Of a stretch of DNA of 32,000 nucleotides, positions 18,845 through 26,641 are shown in pieces (the stretch's first letter is position 1; each line of letters begins with the position of its first letter). A model generated the notes under the pieces. The model was not told where the DNA came from. It searched no databases and was given only the letters and a program-made list of their open reading frames with translations. Location of the stretch: contig CAVOII010000009.1 in the NCBI GenBank assembly GCA_963696025.1, positions 170,561 through 202,560 of the forward strand, given 5' to 3'. Origin of the DNA: an uncultured Acidobacteriota bacterium. GTDB lineage: Bacteria; Acidobacteriota; Terriglobia; Terriglobales; Acidobacteriaceae. A program made the position numbers and the translations under genes.

Positions 18845-18915
18845 GGATGGCATCTGTGGCGCGGACCTGACCTGAGCGAAGTCGAAGGGCCCTCGCCCGC
18901 GCATCCACGTCGCTC
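18845..18915. repeat. REP-like element copy in a convergent intergenic region
   Basis: CCTGAGCGAAGTCGAAGGGCCCTCGC (18871-18896), flanked by the GC stem GCGCGG/CCGCGC. Confidence 0.5.
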
Positions 18916-18916
18916 G

Positions 18917-19756
18917 CTATCCTTCCACATCCGGCGCAATTTCCGGCAGTACGGCGCGCAGCAGAGCCACGAAATCTCCCTGCACTCGCTTGGTGGTTTC
19001 AAGAACCTCTTCGTGATTGAGTACCTGGTCAAGGATTCCTGCCGCCATATTGGTTACACAGGAAATTGCCAGCACCTTCATTCCCATGTGACGGGCTGCG
19101 ATGACTTCGGAGATCGTAGACATCCCTACCAGATCCGCGCCGATCGTACGCAGATAGCGAATCTCGGCCGGAGTCTCATAGCTTGGGCCGGCCAGCGCGG
19201 CATACACGCCCTGATAGACCGTCTTGCCTAGCCTGCTGGCGGCTTGCTGGGCGACTTCGCGATAGGGTTTCCAGTACGCCTGCGTCATGTCAGGAAAGCG
19301 AGGACCAAAGCGTTCGTCGTTCGGTCCGATCAGTGGATTCTGCGCCTGCAGGTTGATATGGTCCGTGATAATAACCAGCGCGCCCTGTTTGTACTCAAGA
19401 CTGACCCCGCCCGCCGCGTTAGTAAGAATCACTGCCCGAATGCCCATTCGGCCGAACACCCGCATCGGGAAAGCGACTTCCTGGGCCGAGTAACCTTCGT
19501 AAAGATGAACACGTCCTTGCATCGCGGCGACGGGAATGTCGCCGGAATTGCCGATCACCATCTGCCCGGCGTGTCCCACCGTTGTCGATCGCGGAAAAAA
19601 TGGAATGTTGGTGTACGGAATGCGCGTTGCATCCGAGAGCTCGTCAGCGAAGCCACCCAGCCCCGAGCCCAGAACAAGTCCGATCTTAGGGCACAGTCGG
19701 GACTGCGAGAGCAGGAACTTCGCAGCCGATTCGGCGTTTGTGAAATCATCAGACAT
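18917..19756 (-). CDS. punA: Purine nucleoside phosphorylase (trimeric PNP/PunA type)
   Basis: GLVLGSGLGGFADEL, TVGHAGQMVIG, MQGRVHLYEGYS, ILTNAAGG, GMSTISEV, VTNMAAG. Confidence 0.88.
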   Translation of the reverse strand: MSDDFTNAESAAKFLLSQSRLCPKIGLVLGSGLGGFADELSDATRIPYTNIPFFPRSTTVGHAGQMVIGNSGDIPVAAMQGRVHLYEGYSAQEVAFPMRVFGRMGIRAVILTNAAGGVSLEYKQGALVIITDHINLQAQNPLIGPNDERFGPRFPDMTQAYWKPYREVAQQAASRLGKTVYQGVYAALAGPSYETPAEIRYLRTIGADLVGMSTISEVIAARHMGMKVLAISCVTNMAAGILDQVLNHEEVLETTKRVQGDFVALLRAVLPEIAPDVEG

Positions 19757-20095
19757 GAGACAGCGGTTAACTCCCCGTCTTTAAGTTCCTACCTCGGAAT
19801 CCGGCATTCTACCCGATGCTGGAGCGATGTAGGCACGTACACGTACAGGCCCGAACGGGCACAGCCGGGCTGGGACGCCCGCGCCTACATCAACAATAGA
19901 TTTCAGGACAAACTCCGAAGCCACATCCAGCGCGGTTTTCGCTGAGATTTTCACAATTCCGTAACAATCCTCTCTCCAGGCATCCCAAGGACGCCTGCGC
20001 ATGGATGCTCACAAAAACTCGCCGCCGAGGAGTCGTTGCCCACCTAGCATCCGCGACCTGCACAATATCTGCTGCACATGGCTGTGGAAGGCCTG

Positions 20096-20136
20096 CACTC
20101 CATTGCAAGCAAAGAAGATGCAATGTCGTGTTTTTT
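20096..20136 (+). terminator. Orphan Rho-independent terminator candidate
   Basis: CACTCCATTGCA (20096-20107) pairs with TGCAATGTCGTG (20119-20130): 7 bp, a 2x2 internal loop, then 3 bp, with an 11-nt loop. It is followed immediately by T6 (20131-20136). No annotated plus-strand gene lies upstream. Confidence 0.5.
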
Positions 20137-20171
20137 ATTGACTCTAGAAATGAGAAGAGTAAAAACATACT

Positions 20172-20502
20172 CGTTCTTTGACAGCTTCTGAAGTTTACCC
20201 GGTTGGTGCGGCGTCCGGGGCTCAAGCGAAGTCACCCTCTGCATTGCAAAATGACCTGAGGGAAGGCAAGCGAGGGTCTATAGCAAAGCGCTGGTCGAGG
20301 CGAACAAGAAGATATGTTGAAGGCAAGATAGGATCCCGAGGCGTCAGACTGGTTTATCCGGTTGGCGGCAAGCCCGGAGCCCGAGTGATGATCGCGCGTA
20401 GCGGCCCGCAAGGGAAGCAACGAGAGCAGGTCAGCGAGGGTCTAAAAGCGAGCTACTGGCCGAGACGAATGAGTCTAACATCACCTCGGGATTCTTATTT
20501 TT
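20172..20502 (+). ncRNA. Candidate structured ncRNA with two diverged tandem ~100-nt modules (family unassigned)
   Basis: Module A spans 20193-20294 and module B 20352-20459. They share GTTTAYCCGGTTGG and AGCGAGGGTCTA. The first stem shows a compensatory change (CCCGG/CCGGG vs TCCGG/CCGGA). Module B has a GCAA tetraloop hairpin and an 11-bp long-range helix (20380-20390 with 20479-20490), followed by a T-rich tail. An AT-rich promoter-like segment lies upstream (TTGACT 20138-20143). Confidence 0.4.
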
Positions 20503-20593
20503 GGCGACTCGTGGTTAGTGGCCAGTCGATTGCGGCTCGACCGCCCTTCCCCCATACTGGTTACTAAGAACCAGCGCTGACCACTAGCCTTTT

Positions 20594-21274
20594 TTATGGT
20601 CCTTGCAATATCTGCAGTTTGTCACCCGTCACCAATCGCGCGCGATAAATGGTGTTGATCGCCTCCACCTCCGCCACCGCATCTATGTTCAGGTCGTAGG
20701 CTCCACGCGGCAAGTTCTCTGCAAAAGTGATCTCGAAATCGATGGTATTTTTGCTCAACGTGAAGTGCTGATAGCCAATCGCGGTGGCTCGTCCAATCTC
20801 ATTCACCGCCAGCGCGATTACCGTAAGGTCGAAGTCCTGCCCGGTCTGATTTGATAGCTTGATGGCGCACTCCACTCTTTGCCCCGTGATCCTGGGATAT
20901 CGGCTCCACTGCAGCAACAGCGGCGCCACGATGTCCAACTCCAACGCCTGGGTTCGCTGATGGGGCGGCTTGGCACTATCGGTGGCCGCCACTCCAAAGT
21001 GAAACTGGCCGCCTTCGGTTGGGATACCGCTCAGAATTCCGTCGTCGCTCAAGGTTATGCCGTGAGGCAGCGCACCGTTGCTCACTTCCCACTTGAATGG
21101 CGTGATCCCTCCCCTGGCCTCCAACTGGTAGCGGTACGGCTGCCGCAGAAAACCCTTCGGCAGAGAAGCGGTCTGGATCACAATTTTCTCGCCTTCGGAC
21201 GCGCCGGATTGGCCCAGCGAAGTGCCTGCCAGTGCTAGCGCCACGACAACAGCTGCTGTCATCTTCATGAACAT
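20594..21274 (-). CDS. Secreted protein with a putative Ig-like (He_PIG / cadherin-like) domain
   Basis: Signal peptide MFMKMTAAVVVALALAGTSLG. LPKGFLRQPYRYQLEARGGITPFKWEVSNGALPHGITLSDDGILSGIPTEGGQFHF matches the 'putative Ig domain' pattern. It lies 9 nt downstream of the kinase gene. Confidence 0.65.
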   Translation of the reverse strand: MFMKMTAAVVVALALAGTSLGQSGASEGEKIVIQTASLPKGFLRQPYRYQLEARGGITPFKWEVSNGALPHGITLSDDGILSGIPTEGGQFHFGVAATDSAKPPHQRTQALELDIVAPLLLQWSRYPRITGQRVECAIKLSNQTGQDFDLTVIALAVNEIGRATAIGYQHFTLSKNTIDFEITFAENLPRGAYDLNIDAVAEVEAINTIYRARLVTGDKLQILQGP

Positions 21275-21283
21275 ATACCTTCG

Positions 21284-23947
21284 CTAGGGCTTCAGATTGC
21301 TCAACTGTACGATGTCCGCCTCGCCTTTTCCCACTGCGGCGTAGATGGAGTGTCCATCGGACGACCAGGAAACTCTCCGACCAATAAATGTCGCTTGAGT
21401 CCCAAAATCCGTGATGCGCCGCATCTCGCCACCAGCGGTGGGCTGCGCCCATATATTCGTGGTCGGTCCATCGGTCAACAGGACGGCTAGCCACTTGCCA
21501 TCCGGGGAGAGGATCGGCTGCATAAGCACCGACTTCGACAACCGCGATCCTGAAATTCGCGCCACCTTCTGTGCTGGGCCATTCTCCGGATTGGCTACCA
21601 GTATCTCCATATCCGACAGACCGTTCAGCGCCGGCAAACTCAGGACGAAGAAAAGTCTTCCTTCGGCATCAACCGCCGGCTTCTGTCCTTCTTCGCGAAC
21701 TACCATCGGCGTGCCGCCCTCAGGCGAGATCTTCTCTATACGAAATGCATTCTGGGTGGGAGGCGAAAAATACAGCCATCGACTGTCTGGTGACCAGCAG
21801 GCCCAACCACCGCCGTCCGAAACTTTGTGAGCATTGCTTCCGTCTGGGTTCATCAACCAGAGATCGACGTTCCAGCCTTTGAGGCCGCGCTTCACATAGG
21901 CTATGTACTTCCCGTCCGGGGACCAGACGGGCACCCCGATCGTGACCTGCGGATCGTGTTCGAAGGTGACCTGGCGAGTCTGCTGAGTTTCGAGATTCAG
22001 CACCCACAGATTGCCATGGCCCCCGCTATCGCTCAGATAAACGAGTTCGTGATCCCCGGGGCCAGCGGATGGAGTCTGCACCGCCCCGGTCTGGTGCGTG
22101 ATCTGGGTGCCATGGCGAACATTCTCTGCGGGGCTGCCATCAACCGGGTAACGCCAAACATCAAACTGGATTTGCCTGCGGGTGGCGACCAGGTTACCGC
22201 GCTGATCGAGATCGGGCGAAATGTAAGAGGTCTCCCCGAACGTGAGCTGCCGTAGATTCTTTCCTCCAGATTGGACGGACCAGAGATTCATGGTCCGCAG
22301 ATAGAGGACGGTGTCGCCTCGGGAAGAGCTGTAGACCACCCCTGACCCGTCGGGCAACCAGGCAAAGCCCGCCAGAGGAGTCTGGTCCTGCGTGATTGCT
22401 TGCGGAGCGCCTCCTTCTACCGGCACATAGAAAATGTCATAGTCAAAGGTTCGGCCTCTCTCGAATCCCAACTTTCGGTCGTCCGGAGACCAGCGCAGGT
22501 CGGAATAGATGTACTCAGTCGGGAGCACCGTCAGCCGACGGGAGTTCGAGCCGTCCGCGTCTGCTATATCTAGCTCAAGTTCCCCTTGGTTGGAGTGAAA
22601 ATAGGCAATGTGTTTGCCGTCATGGCTCAGGTCAGCGCCCGTCAGGCTGGTCAGCAGCGGCCGTCCCGTTCCTCCCAACGCGGGAATTTGCCAGATCTTC
22701 CCTTGCCCGTCCGGTTCGCTGGAAGGAGAGAAATAAATCAGCGACGACGAATCCGACGACCAGCGTGGGTATTGGTGGTCGGCATCGTCATGCGTCACCT
22801 GCAGCGGACTGCCTCCAGCCAGCAAACGCACCCAAACCTGCCTTCGTCCTCCCACGTCGGCGGTAAACGCTATCGACTTGCCGTCAGGCGACAATGCCGG
22901 AAATTCTTCCATGCCTACAAAGTCAGTCAACCGCTTTAACTCGATCGGCAGAGAATTATCCGACCGTGACCTGACTGCCCGTGCCGCCAGGAATCCAAGT
23001 CCGGCCGCCGCCAATAACGCAACCAAGACTGGCACCAGCCACCCTCGTCCCTTTTTTGCCGGAAGCGCCAGCGCTGCGCCGCTCCCACTTTCCTCACGGC
23101 TGAGCAACTCCAGATTGAAGGCCAGGTCGCGTGCTGACTGAAATCGCTCCGCCGGGTCCTTCTCTAGACAGCGATGCACGATGTGTCCTAGCGCCGGAGG
23201 AAGATTGCGGCGCGTCCCCGAAAGCTCTGCCGGTTCCTCCTTGAGGATTGCGCTCATGGTATCCGCCGCCGTGGCTCCCTGAAATGCCCGGTTTCCGGAG
23301 AGCATCTCGTAGAGGATCACGCCTAAACCGAAGATATCGGAACGATGGTCGACTACTTGTCCCCGCACCTGCTCTGGCGACATGTAACCCGCCGTCCCCA
23401 ACACCACGCCCAGTTCCGTGACGCTCACCGTCGCCCCTGAATTGCTCAGGCCCGCGGCGTCGGGCCCTACCAGCTTGGCCAGCCCGAAATCCAGAATTTT
23501 GACTACGCCATCGCGGGTCAGAAAGATGTTTTCGGGCTTCAGATCGCGATGCACAATGCCACGTTCGTGGGCCGCCGCCAGCCCCCGTGCTATCTGCAGA
23601 GCGTATTCCACCGCCTTACGCCGCGGAATCTCGCCTTGTTCTAGGCGCTCTCGCAGAGTTTGCCCCTGAAGAAGTTCGGTGACGAGGTAGGCCGCGTTCT
23701 TGTCGGTAGTGCCGAAGCGATACACCGCTAGAATGTTGGGATGATTGAGCGCCGCCGCTGCCCGCGCTTCCTGCTCAAACCGCCGCAGCCGATCGCGGTC
23801 TGAAGCCAATTCTTCCGGCAGCACTTTGACGGCAACTTCGCGGCCCAGGCTTTGGTCGCGTGCGCGATACACCTCTCCCATGCCGCCCGCCCCTAGCGGT
23901 GCAATGATCTCGCAGTCGCCAAGCCTCGTCCCTGCCCTAATAGGCAT
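21284..23947 (-). CDS. Ser/Thr protein kinase with TM helix and TolB-like (PD40/WD40-like) beta-propeller repeats
   Basis: [43 protein letters not shown] helix [20 protein letters not shown]. Repeated SPDGKSIAF / [10 protein letters not shown] / [10 protein letters not shown] motifs. Confidence 0.9.
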   Translation of the reverse strand: MPIRAGTRLGDCEIIAPLGAGGMGEVYRARDQSLGREVAVKVLPEELASDRDRLRRFEQEARAAAALNHPNILAVYRFGTTDKNAAYLVTELLQGQTLRERLEQGEIPRRKAVEYALQIARGLAAAHERGIVHRDLKPENIFLTRDGVVKILDFGLAKLVGPDAAGLSNSGATVSVTELGVVLGTAGYMSPEQVRGQVVDHRSDIFGLGVILYEMLSGNRAFQGATAADTMSAILKEEPAELSGTRRNLPPALGHIVHRCLEKDPAERFQSARDLAFNLELLSREESGSGAALALPAKKGRGWLVPVLVALLAAAGLGFLAARAVRSRSDNSLPIELKRLTDFVGMEEFPALSPDGKSIAFTADVGGRRQVWVRLLAGGSPLQVTHDDADHQYPRWSSDSSSLIYFSPSSEPDGQGKIWQIPALGGTGRPLLTSLTGADLSHDGKHIAYFHSNQGELELDIADADGSNSRRLTVLPTEYIYSDLRWSPDDRKLGFERGRTFDYDIFYVPVEGGAPQAITQDQTPLAGFAWLPDGSGVVYSSSRGDTVLYLRTMNLWSVQSGGKNLRQLTFGETSYISPDLDQRGNLVATRRQIQFDVWRYPVDGSPAENVRHGTQITHQTGAVQTPSAGPGDHELVYLSDSGGHGNLWVLNLETQQTRQVTFEHDPQVTIGVPVWSPDGKYIAYVKRGLKGWNVDLWLMNPDGSNAHKVSDGGGWACWSPDSRWLYFSPPTQNAFRIEKISPEGGTPMVVREEGQKPAVDAEGRLFFVLSLPALNGLSDMEILVANPENGPAQKVARISGSRLSKSVLMQPILSPDGKWLAVLLTDGPTTNIWAQPTAGGEMRRITDFGTQATFIGRRVSWSSDGHSIYAAVGKGEADIVQLSNLKP

Positions 23948-24157
23948 AGGTCAGGGCATTATAGTGCGCTAAAGCACACCAACTGTACTCTGCGTTGCAC
24001 TTTGCCCTCGCCATCGAAATAACTTCCCTTTCGGGTTAATCAGTCCTGTCTACTGCAAAAGATGATTGGCGGATTGGTCGCGCAGCGTCTAGGATTCCCG
24101 CTGCGATCAGGCCGGTTGCGTGCGTGATTTTTCAAGCAACCCGCCCCTCCCCTAAAA

Positions 24158-24195
24158 ACCCGCTGATCCTCCCGCACGGGATCGGCGGGTTTTTT
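24158..24195 (+). terminator. Strong Rho-independent terminator in a divergent intergenic region
   Basis: ACCCGCTGATCC (24158-24169) pairs with GGATCGGCGGGT (24179-24190): 12 bp including one G-U that is only valid on the plus strand, with a 9-nt loop. The T-run extends through 24195, and an A5 run lies upstream. Confidence 0.7.
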
Positions 24196-24287
24196 GTGGA
24201 CGGTAGCATTGCGCTTCCCCCGCCCCTCGACGTCCCCTTGGCCCGCACGATAAGCTAGATGGTTTTCTGGAGGGGTTATCAGATCGT

Positions 24288-24845
24288 ATGCGTGAGGCGG
24301 TCGCAAAACTCTGGCCGGAGATTCAGTGGATCGAAGACAAGATCCTGCGCCAGCAGGTAACTGAGACTTGGATCAAAGCCCTGGAGCGCAGTCCCCTGAA
24401 GCCCGCCGACCTGAACCATATTCCCTTCACGCTGCTGGTGCCTAACTGTCCCATTACTTTCATGGAGCACAAGCGCTGCGTGGTCCATATCGCACGACAA
24501 AGCGCCGAAGCCATGCAGGAGTTTATGGGACGCGCCCTTCCCATCGATATGGACACTGTCGTCGCAGGCGCGATTCTCGCCGATGTGGGCAAATTGCTTG
24601 AGTATGAGCTTGGCCCCGACGGCAAGAGCCGTCAAAGCGAACGTGGGGAGGCGCTGCGCCATCCTTTTACCGGAGTGGCGCTGGCGCTGGAGTGCGGCGT
24701 GCCCGATGCCGTGTGCCACATCATCGCAGCGCATGCCGCAGAGGGCGATCTCGTGAAGCGCACCACGGAAGCCTACATTGTCCACCACGCCGACTTCATG
24801 GCGTTTCTGCCGTTCAAAAATCCCAAGAACGTGAAAGTGAAATGA
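24288..24845 (+). CDS. HD-domain superfamily protein (atypical metal-binding motif)
   Basis: RBS GGAGG at 24270-24274. HD-domain-like layout: EHKRCVVHIARQSAEAM ... AGAILADVGK ... RHPFTG ... IIAAHAAEG ... HHADF. The position usually reading HD reads AD. Confidence 0.6.
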   Translation: MREAVAKLWPEIQWIEDKILRQQVTETWIKALERSPLKPADLNHIPFTLLVPNCPITFMEHKRCVVHIARQSAEAMQEFMGRALPIDMDTVVAGAILADVGKLLEYELGPDGKSRQSERGEALRHPFTGVALALECGVPDAVCHIIAAHAAEGDLVKRTTEAYIVHHADFMAFLPFKNPKNVKVK

Positions 24846-24854
24846 ACGGAACTC

Positions 24855-24945
24855 AGCCTCAGAGAGGCGGCATAGTTTAGCCCCGGACGTAAGTCCGGGT
24901 TAGGCATGGGAAAAAGGACAGAGTCCCGTAGGGACGGCAGAAGAG
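24855..24945. repeat. REP-like intergenic element with GNRA-capped hairpin
   Basis: CCCGGAC-GTAA-GTCCGGG (24882-24899) and GTCCC-GTA-GGGAC (24923-24935). Confidence 0.55.
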
Positions 24946-24963
24946 TCACATCAGGAGACCAGC

Positions 24964-26412
24964 GTGTCCGCTAAAGAAGGCATCGCTACCAAAGAGACCG
25001 TCACCGCCAGGATGGCGCGCTGGGCGGCCGCGCTCGAATACCGACACCTGTCGCAGGACGCTGTCTATCAAGCCAAACGCTTCCTGCTCGATTCCCTAGG
25101 CTGCGCCTTGGGTGGCTACCAGCAGCACGACGTGAAGATTGCTCTCGAAGTACTCGACGAAATCGCTGGCAAAGGCCCAGCCACTCTGATCGGCACTGGC
25201 AAGCGCATCGATGCAGTATCGGCTTCCCTGGCAAACGCCTTGATGATCCGCTGCATGGATTACAACGACATTTATTGGAAGCAGGACCCGTCGCATCCGT
25301 CGGATATCTTTCCCGCGGCTCTGGCTAGCTGCGAACGTGCGAAGAGCGGCGGGAAAGAACTGATCGTCGGCCTCGTGCTCGGGCACGAATTCGAAATGCG
25401 TTTCTGCGAAGCTGCGTTCCCTGGAATTCGCGAGCGCGGCTGGCATCACGCTACTCTCACCGCGTTCGTTTCACCGATTGTCGCAGGACGCATGCTGCAT
25501 CTTGATTGGGAGCAGATTCAGCACGCCATCGGCATCTCCGCCAGCCGCCACGCCACGCTAGGAGCGGTCACAGCTGGCAAGCTCACAATGATGAAAAATA
25601 CCGTCGACCCCATGGCCACGCAGAGCGGCGTGCTGGCTGCTCTGTTCGCGGAAAAGGGCTACACCGGTCCGGAGCATGTCGTCGACGGCAAAGAAGGGCT
25701 CACGCATTGCTTCGGCCCAGAATGGAAGCTGAATTTCCTGACCGACGGCCTGGGCGAATCGTGGCGCATCACGCAATGCGGCATGAAGGCCTTCCCCACC
25801 GAGGCGCTGACCCATACGCCGATCTCTGCCGTGCTGGATATCGTGAAGTCGAGCGACCTGAAGCCCGATCACGTGGCCAGGGTCCAGATTCGCTCGCTGG
25901 CGCGTGCCGCCGACATCCTTTCCGATCCCAGCAAGTATGATCCGCGCACCAAAGAAACTGCAGATCATTCGCTGCCATACGTGATTGCCGCCGCAATCGC
26001 GGATCGTCAGGTCACGCCGGTGCAATTTGAAATGAAGAAGATCACGGATCCGACGATTCGCGCGCAGTTGAAGAAAGTGGAAGTAGTGGCAGACCCCGAG
26101 ATCGAGAAAGTTTTCCCCGCACTGCAGCGGGTGATTGTGAACCTCACGACCACGGATGGTCGGACATTCACCAAGCAATTGGATTATCCCAAAGGCGATC
26201 CAAGGAATCCATTGAGCGACGCCGAGGTCGAAGAGAAGTTCGCGGCGCTGGCAGAAGGCATATTGTCCACGGGTGCGCAGAAGAAGCTGAAAGATGCGAT
26301 CTGGAACTTGGATAAGCTGGCCTCCGTAACTAAGCTGATGGCACTGATGAAGGCTGATGTCAAAACGAAGAACACAGCGCATAAGGCCACAAAGAGCAAC
26401 AAACCGGCCTAA
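24964..26412 (+). CDS. MmgE/PrpD family protein (2-methylcitrate dehydratase-like)
   Basis: GTG start after AGGAGA (24953-24958). Family text: FLLDSLGCALGG, LMIRCMDYNDIYW, DPSHPSD, ETADHSLPYVIAAAI. Confidence 0.85.
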   Translation: MSAKEGIATKETVTARMARWAAALEYRHLSQDAVYQAKRFLLDSLGCALGGYQQHDVKIALEVLDEIAGKGPATLIGTGKRIDAVSASLANALMIRCMDYNDIYWKQDPSHPSDIFPAALASCERAKSGGKELIVGLVLGHEFEMRFCEAAFPGIRERGWHHATLTAFVSPIVAGRMLHLDWEQIQHAIGISASRHATLGAVTAGKLTMMKNTVDPMATQSGVLAALFAEKGYTGPEHVVDGKEGLTHCFGPEWKLNFLTDGLGESWRITQCGMKAFPTEALTHTPISAVLDIVKSSDLKPDHVARVQIRSLARAADILSDPSKYDPRTKETADHSLPYVIAAAIADRQVTPVQFEMKKITDPTIRAQLKKVEVVADPEIEKVFPALQRVIVNLTTTDGRTFTKQLDYPKGDPRNPLSDAEVEEKFAALAEGILSTGAQKKLKDAIWNLDKLASVTKLMALMKADVKTKNTAHKATKSNKPA

Positions 26413-26424
26413 TTGATGTCGTTA

Positions 26425-26550
26425 AAGCGCCGTCGAAGGGCACGGCTTAAGTCCCTCTTAAGTATGTCAAGTACCGTGGAAGGGCACGGCTTAAGCCGTG
26501 CCAAGAGTTCTCAATTAGGATCGTTAGCCGAGCGAAGCGAGGACGCAGAT
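26425..26550. repeat. REP-like elements: 17-nt direct repeat, 20-nt perfect palindrome, and a GAGCGAAGCGAGGA-type copy
   Basis: GAAGGGCACGGCTTAAG at 26435-26451 and 26479-26495. Palindrome GGCACGGCTTAAGCCGTGCC at 26483-26502. GCCGAGCGAAGCGAGGAC at 26527-26544. A related hairpin AGGGCACGA/TCGTGCCCT lies at 3562-3586. Confidence 0.7.
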
Positions 26551-26641
26551 CGAGTTCGACGGCGAATGCGGCCGTATTATAAAGAACCGCGCAAAGTAGC
26601 GACCCATAAATGTTGCCGACCCTAGCTCGGCCGGATTAATC

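Noticed and set aside
20193-20459. Tandem aptamer riboswitch (glycine-type, glutamine-type, c-di-GMP, TPP, cobalamin, ZTP, guanidine) or RNase P / tmRNA / 6S / SRP RNA
   Set aside because: By eye, none of the invariant cores is present in the right order. I looked for GGAGAG...CACCG, GGACGGAAGUAG, ACGCAAAGCC, CUGAGA...ACCUGAUC, the B12 box, GAGGAAAGUCCGGGC and the tmRNA tRNA-like end UCCACCA. No plus-strand gene follows that a riboswitch could regulate. It is kept only as an unassigned candidate RNA.
20178-20567. 129-aa plus-strand ORF covering the gene-free gap
   Set aside because: It has an alternative start and no RBS. Its composition is Arg/Gly/Ser-rich and low in complexity. Its internal repeat (VYPVGAASGAQ / VYPVGGKPGAR) simply mirrors the nucleotide-level tandem modules, which show stem-preserving rather than codon-preserving changes. 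I interpret the region as RNA, not protein.
24062-24127. 21-codon ORF (MIGGLVAQRLGFPLRSGRLRA) as a leader peptide for classical attenuation
   Set aside because: There is no Shine-Dalgarno sequence and no run of a single regulatory amino acid. The stop lies 30 nt before the terminator stem. It is mentioned in the leader finding but not supportable as a feature.
24040-24306. 88-aa minus ORF in the divergent region upstream of the HD gene
   Set aside because: It is Arg/Pro-rich with no start context. It spans the strong plus-strand terminator hairpin and the promoter region, so it is most likely non-coding.
26435-26502. Direct repeats spaced 44 nt apart, which could be taken for a mini CRISPR array
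   Set aside because: There are only two copies and no further repeat-spacer periodicity. The repeat is part of a palindromic REP-type element also seen in diverged form at 3560-3586. No cas genes are in the window.
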